Shown: piece after piece, positions 37,637 to 48,882 of the stretch
Layout of the letters: each line of letters starts with the position of its first letter
Position numbering within the stretch: the stretch's first letter is position 1
Source: the human T2T-CHM13v2.0 reference genome, Homo sapiens
Strand: one strand, 5' to 3'
Assembly (NCBI RefSeq): GCF_009914755.1
Contig: NC_060935.1
DNA: 64,000 bases
Made by a program: the position numbers and the translations under genes
Notes under the pieces: model-generated
Database searches by the model: none
Seen by the model: the letters and a program-made list of their open reading frames with translations, nothing else
What the model was told of the DNA's origin: nothing

Positions 37637-39849
37637 TAATCAGTAATCAAATTTCAAAAGGCAAAGACAAAAAGATAATTTTGAAAGTAGCAAGAACAAA
37701 GTAATTTGCCATTTACGAGGAAACTTCTTTAACACTAAAAGTGGATTTCTCAGCAGGAAACTTGCAGGCCAGACTAGAATGGAATGATATGTTCAAAGTG
37801 CTGAAAGAAAAATATCACCAACAAAGAATACTATCCCTGGCAAAACTATCCATTTGAAATGAGGAAGAAATAACAGACTACAAAAATATTAACAAAAGGA
37901 ATTTAAAAAGACACAAATAAATGTAAAGACAGCCAGTGTTCACGGATTGTAAAACTTAATATTGCTAAAATGTTTATACTACCCAAAGTGATCTACAGAT
38001 TTGATGTAATTCCCATCAAAATCACAATATCCCATTTTACAGACATAGAATTTAAAAAATCTTAAAATTTATGTTGAACCTCAAAAGACCCCAGATAGTC
38101 AATCTTGAAAACTAAGAGCAAAACTAGAGGAATTATATTCCTAATTTCAAAATATATTACAAAGGTACTGAAAATGAAACAGTATGGTACCAGCATAAAT
38201 ACACATATAGACCAATGGAACTGAACAGAGAACCCAGAAATAAATCCCTGCATATACAGCCAACTGATCCTCAACAAGGGTTCTAGGAATACAAAATAGG
38301 AAAAGGACAGTCTATTCAATAAGCAGTCCTAGAAAAAATAAATATCTACATGCAAAAGAATAAAATTGAATCTTTGTCTTAGACCATACACAAAAATGTA
38401 TTCAAAATGGATTTAAAACTTAAATGTAAGACCTAAAACTGTAAGACTCGTACAAGACAACATAAGGAAAAACATTCTTGATGTTGGTCTTAGCAATGAT
38501 TTCTTAGCTGAAAGCATAGGCAACAACAATAATAGAAGCAAAATGACAAGTGAACCATATAAAAACACAAAGCTACTACATTGTAAAGGAAATGACAGAG
38601 TGAAAAGGCAAACCACGAAATGGGAAAAGTAGTTTTGCAAATTACATATTTGATAAGGGGTTAATATCCAAAACATAGGGAACTCAACTCATACAACTCA
38701 AGATAAAACAACAACAAAAATGAAACCCAAAAATGAATAAATAAACTAATTAAAAATTGGACAAAGAACATGAATAGGCATTTCTCCAAAGAAGATATGC
38801 AAATTACCAGCAGGTATAGAAAAAGACTCCCAACGTCATTAATTATCAGGAACGTACAAATCAAAATCTCAGTGAGATATTGCCTCATAACTGTTAGAAT
38901 GGTCATAATAGTAGTAGTAATAAATAAATTAATAAGAAGTGTTGGCAAAGATATAGATAAACTAGGACCCTTGCTCACTGTTGGTGGGAATGTAAAGTGG
39001 TACAGTCACTGTAAAAAATAGAAGTGCCTCAAAAAATAAAAATTGAATTACTTTATTATTCAACAATCCCCCTTCTGAATATTTATCCAAAAGAATAAAA
39101 ATCAGGATCTTGAAGAGATATTTACATTCTTGTGTTTATTGAAACATTATTCACAAAAGTCAAGACATGAAAGCAAACTAAATGTTCATCAATGAATGAA
39201 TGGGTAAAGAAAATGTGGCATATACATACATATGAATAGAACAAAATATTATTCAGCCTTAAAATAACAAAATTCTGCCTTATAATAACAAAATTCTGCC
39301 TTATGTGACAACATAGATGAACCTTGAGGACATTATGCTAAGTAAAATAAGCTATTCACAGAAAGACAAATACTGCATGATTCTATGCATATAAGGTATC
39401 TACAGTAGTTAAACACATAGGTGCATAGGGTAGAATAATGGTTACAAGGGGCTGTGGGAGATAGAAATGAAGAGTTGCTATTCACTGGGTATAAAATTTC
39501 AGGTATGCAAGATAAAAAGTTCTAGAGATCTTCTCAGTAACACTGTATTTGTAGTTAATAAAACACTGAAAAAATTTGTTTAGAGGTTCGGCCTCAGGTT
39601 GTGCTTTTTTACCAAAATAAAAAAAAAAAGAATAGAATAAAAGATATCAGAAGAGAACAACTCAGTTATCTCAACTTTTTTCAGTATAATATTTTCACAA
39701 TTAGACTATGGACTCAGGGGCTTCTCTGCACCAATGTAGATATACATGGGTTACAAATTTAATTTGATGTTGTTCTTACTCAATATTTTCAACTATTTTT
39801 ATTTTCTATTTAGTAATAATAAAGTTTCTCTAGACTAGTCAGCAGAGCT

Positions 39850-42130
39850 ACAAACTTACGGAATACTGTCAAGTATGTTAGTCACAGCAACATCCTTTCA
39901 AAAGACAGCTCTGAAACTGGAAAACAAGGAATAATCCTGACCAAACATTTTTTTTTCTCCCAGGACATCTAGTTAGCTATCCCACCCCTATTTCCCCGAA
40001 TAATGAACTGTTCCTTTGAAAAAATGCATCTCTGGGAATTCTACAAACCTGAGTCTGAGAGGATCACTGTAGCTGGAAAGCAGCCTTAATCATCTAACAA
40101 CAATGGAAACCATACAATTAAATGTGAACACAGAACCCAGAATCATTATGTTTGTGAGACAATTTAGTATCATAGAAAATGACCAAAAAATCCAAAACAG
40201 AAATATTTACCATGAGGAGAAAAGCAGAGATTATTTAAGAAACATACAACAGTTAAAAGAGCCTTCTAATTAATATATGTAGAGGAAATTGAGAGAATAT
40301 TAAAACCATAAAATGAGAACTGCTGTGATGAGGGGAAGAAAGTACAAGAAATCACTATCAGAGATTAAAAATATGATTACAGACATTTAAAAAGAAATAT
40401 CAATAGAAGATCTTAAATGTAAAGATAAGAAAATCTCTCAGATATATAATAATAGCAATAAAAACAGATAGAAAAAAATAAGAGGATAAGAGACAGTGAG
40501 GCTCAATTCAAGAAGTCCAACATGATATCAATAGGATTCCTTGGAAGAAGCAAAAGTAAAAATAGAAAGAAAATGATGAAACAGGAAAAGATGATAATTT
40601 ATTTGTGGTTGACAAGATATAAATCATCAGACTGCTAGGACCACTGAGAAACTTGTACATAAAAATAATAAAAATAATGAAAAACAAAATTCCAACCTTC
40701 AGTGGATCCTTGTGAATTTCAAAGCACTGATACTAAATGCTTCCAGAGAGAGAGAAAGTGGGAGAAACAGTGAATATAAAGCAACAAGAATGAGATTTTA
40801 TCAGTTTCTATTAATCATTAATGATACTAGATGCTAGAAAACAATGGGAGCAACATCTTTAATATTTTTGGGAAATTGATTTTCACATAGTGTTGGATAC
40901 ATGGCTAAAATAACAATAAAGTATGATGATAAATCAATATTATTTTCAAACACGAAAGTATTCAGAAAGTTTATGTTCCAAATACACTTCCTTACAAAGT
41001 TCCTTTAGGATTTAGGATATACTGTAGTAACTATACAAACATGAAAAGGTAAATAAAAGACAGAATCTGAATTCAGCCTAGTAGAACCATGAAGAGAAGT
41101 CCTCGGATTAAGCCTGAGTAATCAGACTAACAATCACTAGGCCTTATTGGTGCAGGGGTACAAAAGCCTTCAATAGACAGAGATGCAGGGGAGGGAGAAA
41201 GGTACTATGGAGGTAGGAGGAGTCAACTGATAGAATAGAAAACATAATTGGGATCTCAAGTGAAATTATAATATTTTAAAAACAAATGATGCAAAAGAAA
41301 CATAAAAAATGTAATTAGAAAGTCTGAAAAAAAAAACACCATGATTATTATGAAAACAGGTAATGGCCCAAATATGAAGTCATTTAAAATATCAATAGAT
41401 TTCAGGCTACTGACAGAGTGCAAAGTAAAGAAAGAATTAGAATTAGTTTAAACGTGTTTCTGGGAACATTTTCCTTTAGGCGGCCCAAAGTGTCTTGACA
41501 TTAGATTCCCACAGAAGGAAATTTATTTTTGTTCCAACACTGAAGGATACTTATTTAGTCATACTAATGCAAATGCTCTTAACTGATTTTCAACTTTGTG
41601 GCTTTTTGTATTCAAGCAATGCACAAAGTCACAAAGAATTGACTTTGGTTATAGAAGATAAACATGAAGAATTTTGATCATACAAAAATAAAAATGGAGC
41701 TATCAGATGATAAGTCTCAGAAAGCAGAAGGAAAAATAGCATTAAGAGATAATATCAAAACTTTATGGAATAGAACCAGATATAAAATTATTATATTAGA
41801 TTGCCATGGTAATCAATGGAAAAGATAAAACAGTAATATAAATATCAAACCTTGTTATTAGTAGAAAGGAAGAACAGCAATCTGGCATGTGAGCTGAATA
41901 CTTATCTTCATATAATGGAGTCAATAGACATTATCTAAAGTTGATGAATTAAGTTAATAAGATATGTTATCTACAGTTGCAGAAAATGTCACTAGAAAAA
42001 TTAAAAACAGAAACAAGAGAGACTGCCTCTGGGTCTAGGGCTGGGGATAAAAATACTTTTTATCATAAAGTCTTCTTTACCTGTTAATTTTTTAATCACT
42101 ATATATACAACTTGAAAGCAAAAACAAAAC
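39850..42130 (+). mobile_element. Very old L1 (L1ME/L1M5-like) ORF1 and 3' fragments
   Basis: A-rich; caagaagtccaacatgatatcaataggattcc, actagatgctagaaaacaatgggagcaacatcttt. Confidence 0.55.
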
Positions 42131-42249
42131 CAAGCAAAGAAACAAACCTCAACAATACAGCATTTCCTAAAGTCTGTAGTTCAGAATATTACATGTACAA
42201 TGACGAAGGTGGGTAAGATGAGAATAGATTCCATTGCTAAACAATTTTG

Positions 42250-42937
42250 GTCAAAGGGTATAACCTTACAGTTACAAGATGCATAAATCCTGGGCATCTA
42301 ATATATAGCATGGTGACTATAGTTAACAATACTGTATTGTACACTTAAAATTTGCTAAGAGAATAGATCTTAAATGTTCTCACCACAAAAAAATAAATAA
42401 ATAAATGATAACGAGGTGATACTGTTAAGTTTTGTGTCCCCACCCAAATCACATCTTGAATTGTAATCCCCAGGTGTTTAGGGAGAGACCTGGTGAGACT
42501 GATTGGATTATGGAGGAAGTTTCCCCCATGCTGTTCTCATGATAGTGAGTGAGTTCTTACAAGATCTGACGGTTCTATCAGCATCTGGCATTTCCCCTGC
42601 TTGCGTTCATGCCACATGTGTTCGTACCGCCACGTGAAAACGTTCAGGTTTGCTTCCTCTTTCCCTTCCACCATGATTGTAAGTGTCCTGAGGCTTCCCC
42701 AGCCATGTGGAACTGTGAGTCAATTAAACCTCTCCTATTTAAAAATTACCCAGTCTCAGGGAAGTTCTTTATAGCAGTGTGAGAATGGACTAATATACTA
42801 GGTGAGCTGATACGTGTGTTAACTAACTTGATTGTGGTAGTCATTTCAAAATCTATGCATATGTCAAATCATCACATTGTAAACCTAAAATTTAAACAAT
42901 TCTATTTGTCAGTCATACTTAAATAAAGCTAAGAAAA
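42250..42937 (+). mobile_element. L1MA-type 3' end interrupted by a THE1 LTR
   Basis: tggtcaaagggtataacctt...catggtgactatagttaacaatactgtattgtacactt...; resumes after the LTR with aactaacttgattgtggtagtcatttc...aaataaagct. Confidence 0.85.
42417..42797 (+). mobile_element. THE1D-like MaLR solo LTR
   Basis: TGATA...TGTGTCCCCACCCAAATC...CCCCCATGCTGTTCTCATGATAGTGAGTGAGTTCT...GGAACTGTGAGTCAATTAAACCTCT...GAGAATGGACTAATATA; flanks CGAGG/CTAGG. Confidence 0.88.
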
Positions 42938-43889
42938 TTGAGCTTGAGAAATATTTTCTATTTGAAGATTCAGAATGCATAATACCATACTAAAACTCAT
43001 AGAAGATTATATGTAAGAGATCTAGTAATTCCCAAACTTCTCTGACCAAGGATCCATTTTGTTGCTTCTAATAAAATAACTACTTTCAACCCAAGGAAGA
43101 GCTGTTTTTCAAAACTCACTTTCGGAAACACTTTTTAATAAAAATCTACTCAAAGAGGAGGAATTATCATGAAACTGACATTTTCCTACTTGTAGTTTAG
43201 TTTTAAAATGTAAAAAAGTATTTGTAAATGATAAGCAACAGTTCATCACTGAAAATGTTTTTTTCCTTTTAATTCACCTAACCAAGTCTTCTACTTTTAA
43301 GCATATTGTTTGATTTTCTCTCTCTTACTCCAAAATACTATATTTAAAGGTAAATAAAAGCATGGATCTGTCAATTTTGATTACATTAAAATTATATCCC
43401 TAAACTTCTAGTAAATTCTACAGTGGACTTCTTAACACTACCCCTTGTCCTCACACCCCAAACTCAATCCTTCTGAAGATATTACCTTGTTAATGTTTAT
43501 CTCTCTTCACTTTTTCCATATTATTCCTGTATTTTATTCCCCCACTCCCCACAGTCAACCAAAAAGATCTAGGAACAACTTCTACCATCCTCCTTCCTGT
43601 CCCAACCTCTAACCCAGTCACCACATTAATGAAAACATAATCTTAGGAATATGTATTAAGAAGACTATACTCATCATCTTTCAATGCCTCCTCCCTGCCT
43701 ACAAGATAGCATGATAGGCGAAACCCTTTTTTATCTGAGAACAAATTCTGTTTATAACCTTGTATACTATACACTTCCCTTGAAAGTTGAGAAGAGTATT
43801 CCTTCTATATTACCTCTCTAGTAATAGGGAACCACTCTCTAGAGAGAAAATTATGTTTTTGTATATATTATTCTACCATCATCCCACCC

Positions 43890-44940
43890 TTCTCCCATAC
43901 CCATTTCATTGTGTCTACTTGACAAACTAATTCTTTTCAAGGCCCAGATCAAGGGTCACCCTTGCTTAGAAGGCAGCAAGGAAGATAACTGATACTTGGT
44001 GGGTTTCTGCTGAGCACTGGACTAAACACAGATCAGATAATTAGTCATAAAAACAGTCAGGTCCAGGTTGAAAATGGAGGCAGCTGTGCCTGCTGGGCTT
44101 CTCAGCTGCTGAGCCAGTCATCCCCAGAGCTGGGGGCCTCTGTTGAGTGGTGCCCAAGGCAAGGAGGGCTCAGCTCACCTGTGGAATGCCCTCATCTACT
44201 GTGTGGCTCCTGGGATGGGACTGAGCTTGCTAAATGTGTTCCTGAAGTCGCACCACAGAGAGCATGAGAGGCCTGAGTTCATTGAGTTCATTGCCTACTC
44301 CCATCTCCCGATCAAGTTCAAGTCCTTTCCCTGCAGAGATGGTAACCACACTTTATTCCATAACCTTCATGTGAATCGGCCTCCAACTAGCTATGAAAGT
44401 GAATAAAGAGAATCTGGGCCACTACCCTGACACTGGGGACCAAAGCAATGGTTTGGACCATTACTCTGCACACAGACCAGAAAAAGTACAGGGAACCTTA
44501 AGCTCACCTTCTTCACTTGTATCAAATGATGACTACTATGCTGATCTTCCATCTCTTAGCTTTTGGTGGGAGATGGCTTAAATAAATAACTTAAAATTAA
44601 ACAAAACAAACACAAAAAACTGTCAAGCTATATTTCAGAAAACAAAATTGAGGAATTAATCAAATTGCCCCAAATTACATAATTTGTAATGGCTGAGTGG
44701 GAATTCTGCCTGGTTTTAAAGCCCATTGATTTCTACTTCTGTTTCCATGCCCCCTTCACATACACTAAACATAGCTGTCAGCATACCAAATTGCAATAAT
44801 TTGTTTATGTGTGTTTGTCACCTATTAGGAGCCCCATATTCTAGAGGTCAGGGATCCTAATTCTATTTTGGTATTCCTACAATGCAGTGTTTGGTTTATA
44901 GAAGGGATTTAATAAATTATTGTTAAATGAATGAATAGAT
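43890..44940 (+). mobile_element. L2 3' fragment split by a MIR and the COX6A1 retrocopy
   Basis: ttcaaggcccagatcaagggtcacc on the left; ttctagaggtcagggatcc...taataaattattgttaaatgaatgaat on the right. Confidence 0.6.
44060..44614 (+). pseudogene. COX6A1: Processed pseudogene of cytochrome c oxidase subunit 6A1 (COX6A1P; copy number not assigned)
   Basis: ORF 44143-44406 ([13 protein letters not shown]...[18 protein letters not shown]...AYSHL...[22 protein letters not shown]) is colinear with mature COX6A1 (SGAHGEEGSARMW...[23 protein letters not shown]...[23 protein letters not shown]). Intronless; ATG at 44074 hits TGA at 44110 after a frameshift; COX6A1-like 3'UTR, AATAAA at 44581, A-rich tail; TSD-like AAAAAC(A/T)GTCA at 44049-44059 and 44615-44625. 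Confidence 0.96.
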
Positions 44941-45599
44941 GACTTAAGATAAAAATAAGAAATTTTCAGAATCAGAAAATGCTGCTATTTATCAAAATTG
45001 GACTTTTTTACTACTCTCCTGGTAACTTGTGATGACATATTAAACATAAGAAACATAGCAGCATTTGTATTTGTCCTCCACTTGATTTTTGACTCAGTTG
45101 ATGTTCCTGAAATTACTGACATGGGTTAATCCATATGAAAATTTAGACAGAGCTCCCAGAAACCTAATGGATTGTTTAAGATAACTCATTATTTGATTGA
45201 AATAAGGTTCATAAAGGGAAACAACTTTTCAGTCACGGAGCTAGCAAAATATAAGGCTGGGACTTGAACCAAAGTACTTATTTTGCCAAGTCATGTTTAC
45301 TTTCCTTGCCAATATAAAGAGAGAGTTTCATAATACTTTGAGACAAGTATAGAGAAATAGGTTCAACCAGATTTTAGCACAGCTCAGACCAAATGGAACT
45401 GTTTATGGCTATGTGTCATCAGATTGCAAAACAGAAGGAATCTATTCTTACTATTAAATGGCCAACTCCCACGAGAATCCATATTTAATAGTGCATGTAA
45501 CATTCTATGCTTGGCTGATTATTTCTCTTCACACATAAGAAAGCATAATTGATGATAGGTAAGAGAGGGAGAATATGGTTCAGATTTAGAAAAAATAAA

Positions 45600-45830
45600 A
45601 TTGGTATTTAAGTGTTAATTAGGGTACTTAGCACTCTTCTAAGCATTTTGCAATGTTAAATCATGTACCACTTCTCAACCCTTTAAGGTAAGTGCTGTGA
45701 TTATATCTGTATTACAAATTAAAAAAAATAAGGCTCAGAAAAGTTAAGTAAGTTACCCAAGACTCATGATATGTAGGAGGTGGGTCCTAGAATCCACTCT
45801 GTCAGGGACACTGCAGTGCCATCTCTCAGT
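45600..45830 (-). mobile_element. MIR SINE
   Basis: tatttaagtgttaatt...gcactcttctaagcatttt...aaggctcagaaaagttaagtaagttacccaag. Confidence 0.75.
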
Positions 45831-46962
45831 CATTACTTCTGTTTAAAATAATCACTCATCTTCCTTTGTGTCGAATAAAACTCGGCTGCTCTCAAAAGGC
45901 AACAGTTGCTGAGGCATCTGAGATGGTCGGCTAATGCAATCATCTACAATATTTTCCCTTAGGCGGGGCCTCTCAGAGCAGCCTGAGAGCTGAGAAGCAG
46001 AAAATGCACAGAAGATGAACCTTGGGAACCATCTGAGTTCTCATCCTCAAGAAGATGGTTATATTATGGAAAAGATCAAACTGACTGTTATGCTCACATA
46101 AAATTAATTCCACAGTTGTTCTTTAACAATGAATGCATTTGAAGTCTAAAAATAACCATTGTAAATGAAAACAGTTGGTTTATTAGAGAAGTGGGATTCT
46201 AGATTTTCCCCTGCTCTATCTCTCCTGTTTGTGTGTGTGTGAGTGTGTTGGCTTTCTGTTACTCTTGCAATGATATTGTTTATTAGATTTTCCCCTAAAA
46301 TTATTGTAAATATTAATAATACTTAAGAAATAAATGCTTCTATTTTGTGTCCCCAAAACTCCAAGAGGAGGAAATTACTAAGATAAAAGAATGATGGTTA
46401 ATAAAGTTTCAGAAGAGTCTTAAAATGCAAATAAAACATTTACATGGAGAAAAGCAATGTCTTTTTAGTGCACTAAGCAATTTGCATTACAACTTGGAGC
46501 AACTCATCTTCTACATAGTCTTGCTTACAAAAGCTGAGTACATATACAGCAATGGTAGGAATCTAGTTTTCATTATGAAAACTATAAAAAATAAATGTGT
46601 GAATATAAATGATCTATTCATTGGCAGACTTCAGGAGTCCTGAAATAAAAGCCAAAAAGCAAGATGGTGTACAATAATATTGCTTTTGAGCATTGATTTG
46701 TGTGATATTCTGGTGCTGGCAGGAGTTCCTAGTTATTATTGCAGCTTAACAAACATACAGCAAAGAGAAAATTTGGCAGTTACTGTTCACTTAGAAGAAA
46801 GCTTATTTCTTATTTTTACAATATGTAGCAGCTGACAAAGCTGTAGTACCATTTGTACATTCTTCCAGTAGATAGCGAACAGGTACCTACTATGTATGAG
46901 ACATTGCACAAAGCGTTGGGAGTAGGATAGGGGAGTGAGTTGAAAGAATTGTCAGAAGATTT

Positions 46963-46988
46963 TGTGTGTGTGTGTGTGTGTGTGTGTG
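46963..46988. repeat. (TG)13 microsatellite
   Basis: Direct read; continues as CACGCGCACA. Confidence 0.95.
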
Positions 46989-47198
46989 CACGCGCACATT
47001 TCATATCTTGCCCTCAAATGACCTTCAAAATGTTAGAGACAAACAAACACAGCAGACGTCCAAAACTCTATTTATGATGCCTTCTCTGCTATAGTTTTAT
47101 ACTTCTCTCACTCTCTTAGTTGAATCTCTATTTTCCAACAACATAGAGAGCTTCACTTCCTTTCTGATGGCTTTTCTTGACAATTTTCAGGTAGAATT

Positions 47199-47818
47199 TG
47201 TCAGAGGCATTTGAACCAGAGCAACTCTATCTTGAATGGAGTAAAATAAGGCTGAGACCTTTTGGGCTACATTCCTAGAAGGTTAGGCATTCTTAGTCAC
47301 AGGATGAGTTAGGAGTTCTGCATGAGATACAGGTCATAAAGACCTTACTGATAAAACAGGTTGCAGTAAAGAAGCCTGCTAAAACCCACCAAAATCAAGA
47401 TAGTGAAGAGAGTGACCTATGGTCTTCCTCACTGCTCATTGTATGTTAATTATAATGCAGTAGCATGCTAAAAGACACTCTACTCTCACCAGGACCATGA
47501 CAGTTTACAGATGCCATGGCAATGTTAGGAAGTTACCCTACATTGTCTAAAAAAGGGAGGAACCCTCTGTTCCGGGAACTGGCCACTTCTTTCCTGGAAA
47601 ACTCATGAATAATCCACCCCTTGTCTAGCATATATTCAAGAATCACCATAAAAATGGACAACAAGCAGCCCTCAGGGCTATTCTGCCTATGGAGTAGCCA
47701 TTCCTTTATTCCTTTGTTTTCTTAATAAACTTGCTTTCACTTTACTCTAAGGACTCTCCTCGAATTCTTTCTGGCAGGAGATCCAAGAACCCTCTACCAG
47801 GACCCCTTTCCAGTAACA
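47199..47818 (+). mobile_element. ERV1 solo LTR, MER41B-like
   Basis: TGTCAGAGGCATTTGAACCAGAGCAACTC...GATACAGGTCATAAAGACC...TTAATTATAATGCA...GACAGTTTACAGATGCCATGGCAA...AATAAACTTGCTTTCACTTTACTCT...GGACCCCTTTCCAGTAACA; about 620 bp. Confidence 0.9.
47570..47599. promoter_or_regulatory. Tandem GAS (STAT-binding) motifs in MER41B
   Basis: TTCCGGGAA (47570-47578) and TTCCTGGAA (47591-47599) both match TTCN3GAA; activity not demonstrated. Confidence 0.6.
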
Positions 47819-48629
47819 AAAGTATCACTCTCTCCTTTCTGTCTCTTTATTTAATAGGGACTTTTTGCCACCATATATTTAATATATTTACTTGCAAATA
47901 TCTCAATCTGCTACCATTGGATTATAAGCTCCTTGGTGGCATTTCTGTACCACTAGACCTCAACAAAATGTCAGGCTCATGGTGGGTGCTCAATAATATT
48001 TGATGGTTACAAGAATGAAATATTTATAATAGAAGGCAGATGGTAATTTAGATTAAAGTAAGAGCCAGCATGATGGGAATATGGAGATGGGAATGAATTC
48101 TAAAACCGTTGTCAGGAGAAAAATAGGTTTTGATGGTATGACAGACAAAGAAATCACTCTACAAGAAGAAAAAAATCACAGAAGCTATTATTAGTGAAAA
48201 ATAGTCATGCCAAGCTTACGGTAAACATTTTTTTACAGGACCAAAGAGTGAGGGATGGGCAGGGGCTGTTTTCATCTTGTGTTTACTTCTTTGCATATTC
48301 TCTTTCTCGTCTTTCAAGAATTGAGTAATTCTGATTCATTTGCATTATCTGATCTTTTAACTGAATCTTCAACTTTGTTTTAATGAGTATTCACTGCTCT
48401 TTCTCACATCATCGGTTCTTTTCAGAAATCTCTTTTTAATTTTCCTGTCTTTCCTTTCTCTCTTTTTGGTCCCACTTGGAAAATCTAATTTCTGCATTCA
48501 CATTAACTCCCATCTACATTAATAACTCACAAGTGGAACTCTCCACATGAATCCTTCTCTTTCCTCTGTACTCGCTTATATCCAGCTGTCTCCATTATCT
48601 TTTCATCTCTGTATTACTTCTAGTCTTAA

Positions 48630-48882
<253 letters not shown>

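Larger units (their letters stand above)
34794..39629 (+). mobile_element. L1MB-type LINE-1 (5'UTR, ORF1 remnant, large internal deletion, ORF2 C-terminal remnant, 3'UTR, poly(A)); inactive
   Basis: 5' GACATCAAGAAGATGGTGGAATAG; ORF1-like cagcagacttggtcaagcagaagaa and aagaatactatccctggcaaaactatcc; ORF2 C-terminal peptide MNRHFSKEDMQI (38770-39021); L1MB2/3-like 3' end and A tail. Confidence 0.85.

Noticed and set aside
37261-37704. Transposase-like ORFs, possible domesticated TIGD gene
   Set aside because: Frameshifted N-terminal remnant inside a 710-bp non-autonomous MER44; start codon lost and no catalytic domain.
38770-39021. MNRHFSKEDMQI ORF
   Set aside because: Decayed L1 ORF2 C-terminus surrounded by stops and frameshifts.
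44143-44406. Calling this a functional COX6A1 or COX6A2 CDS
   Set aside because: Intronless, A-tailed, TSD-flanked, with an early stop after the native ATG; kept as a pseudogene.
44393-44581. 62-aa ORF after the COX6A1 stop
   Set aside because: Chance frame across the retrocopied 3'UTR.
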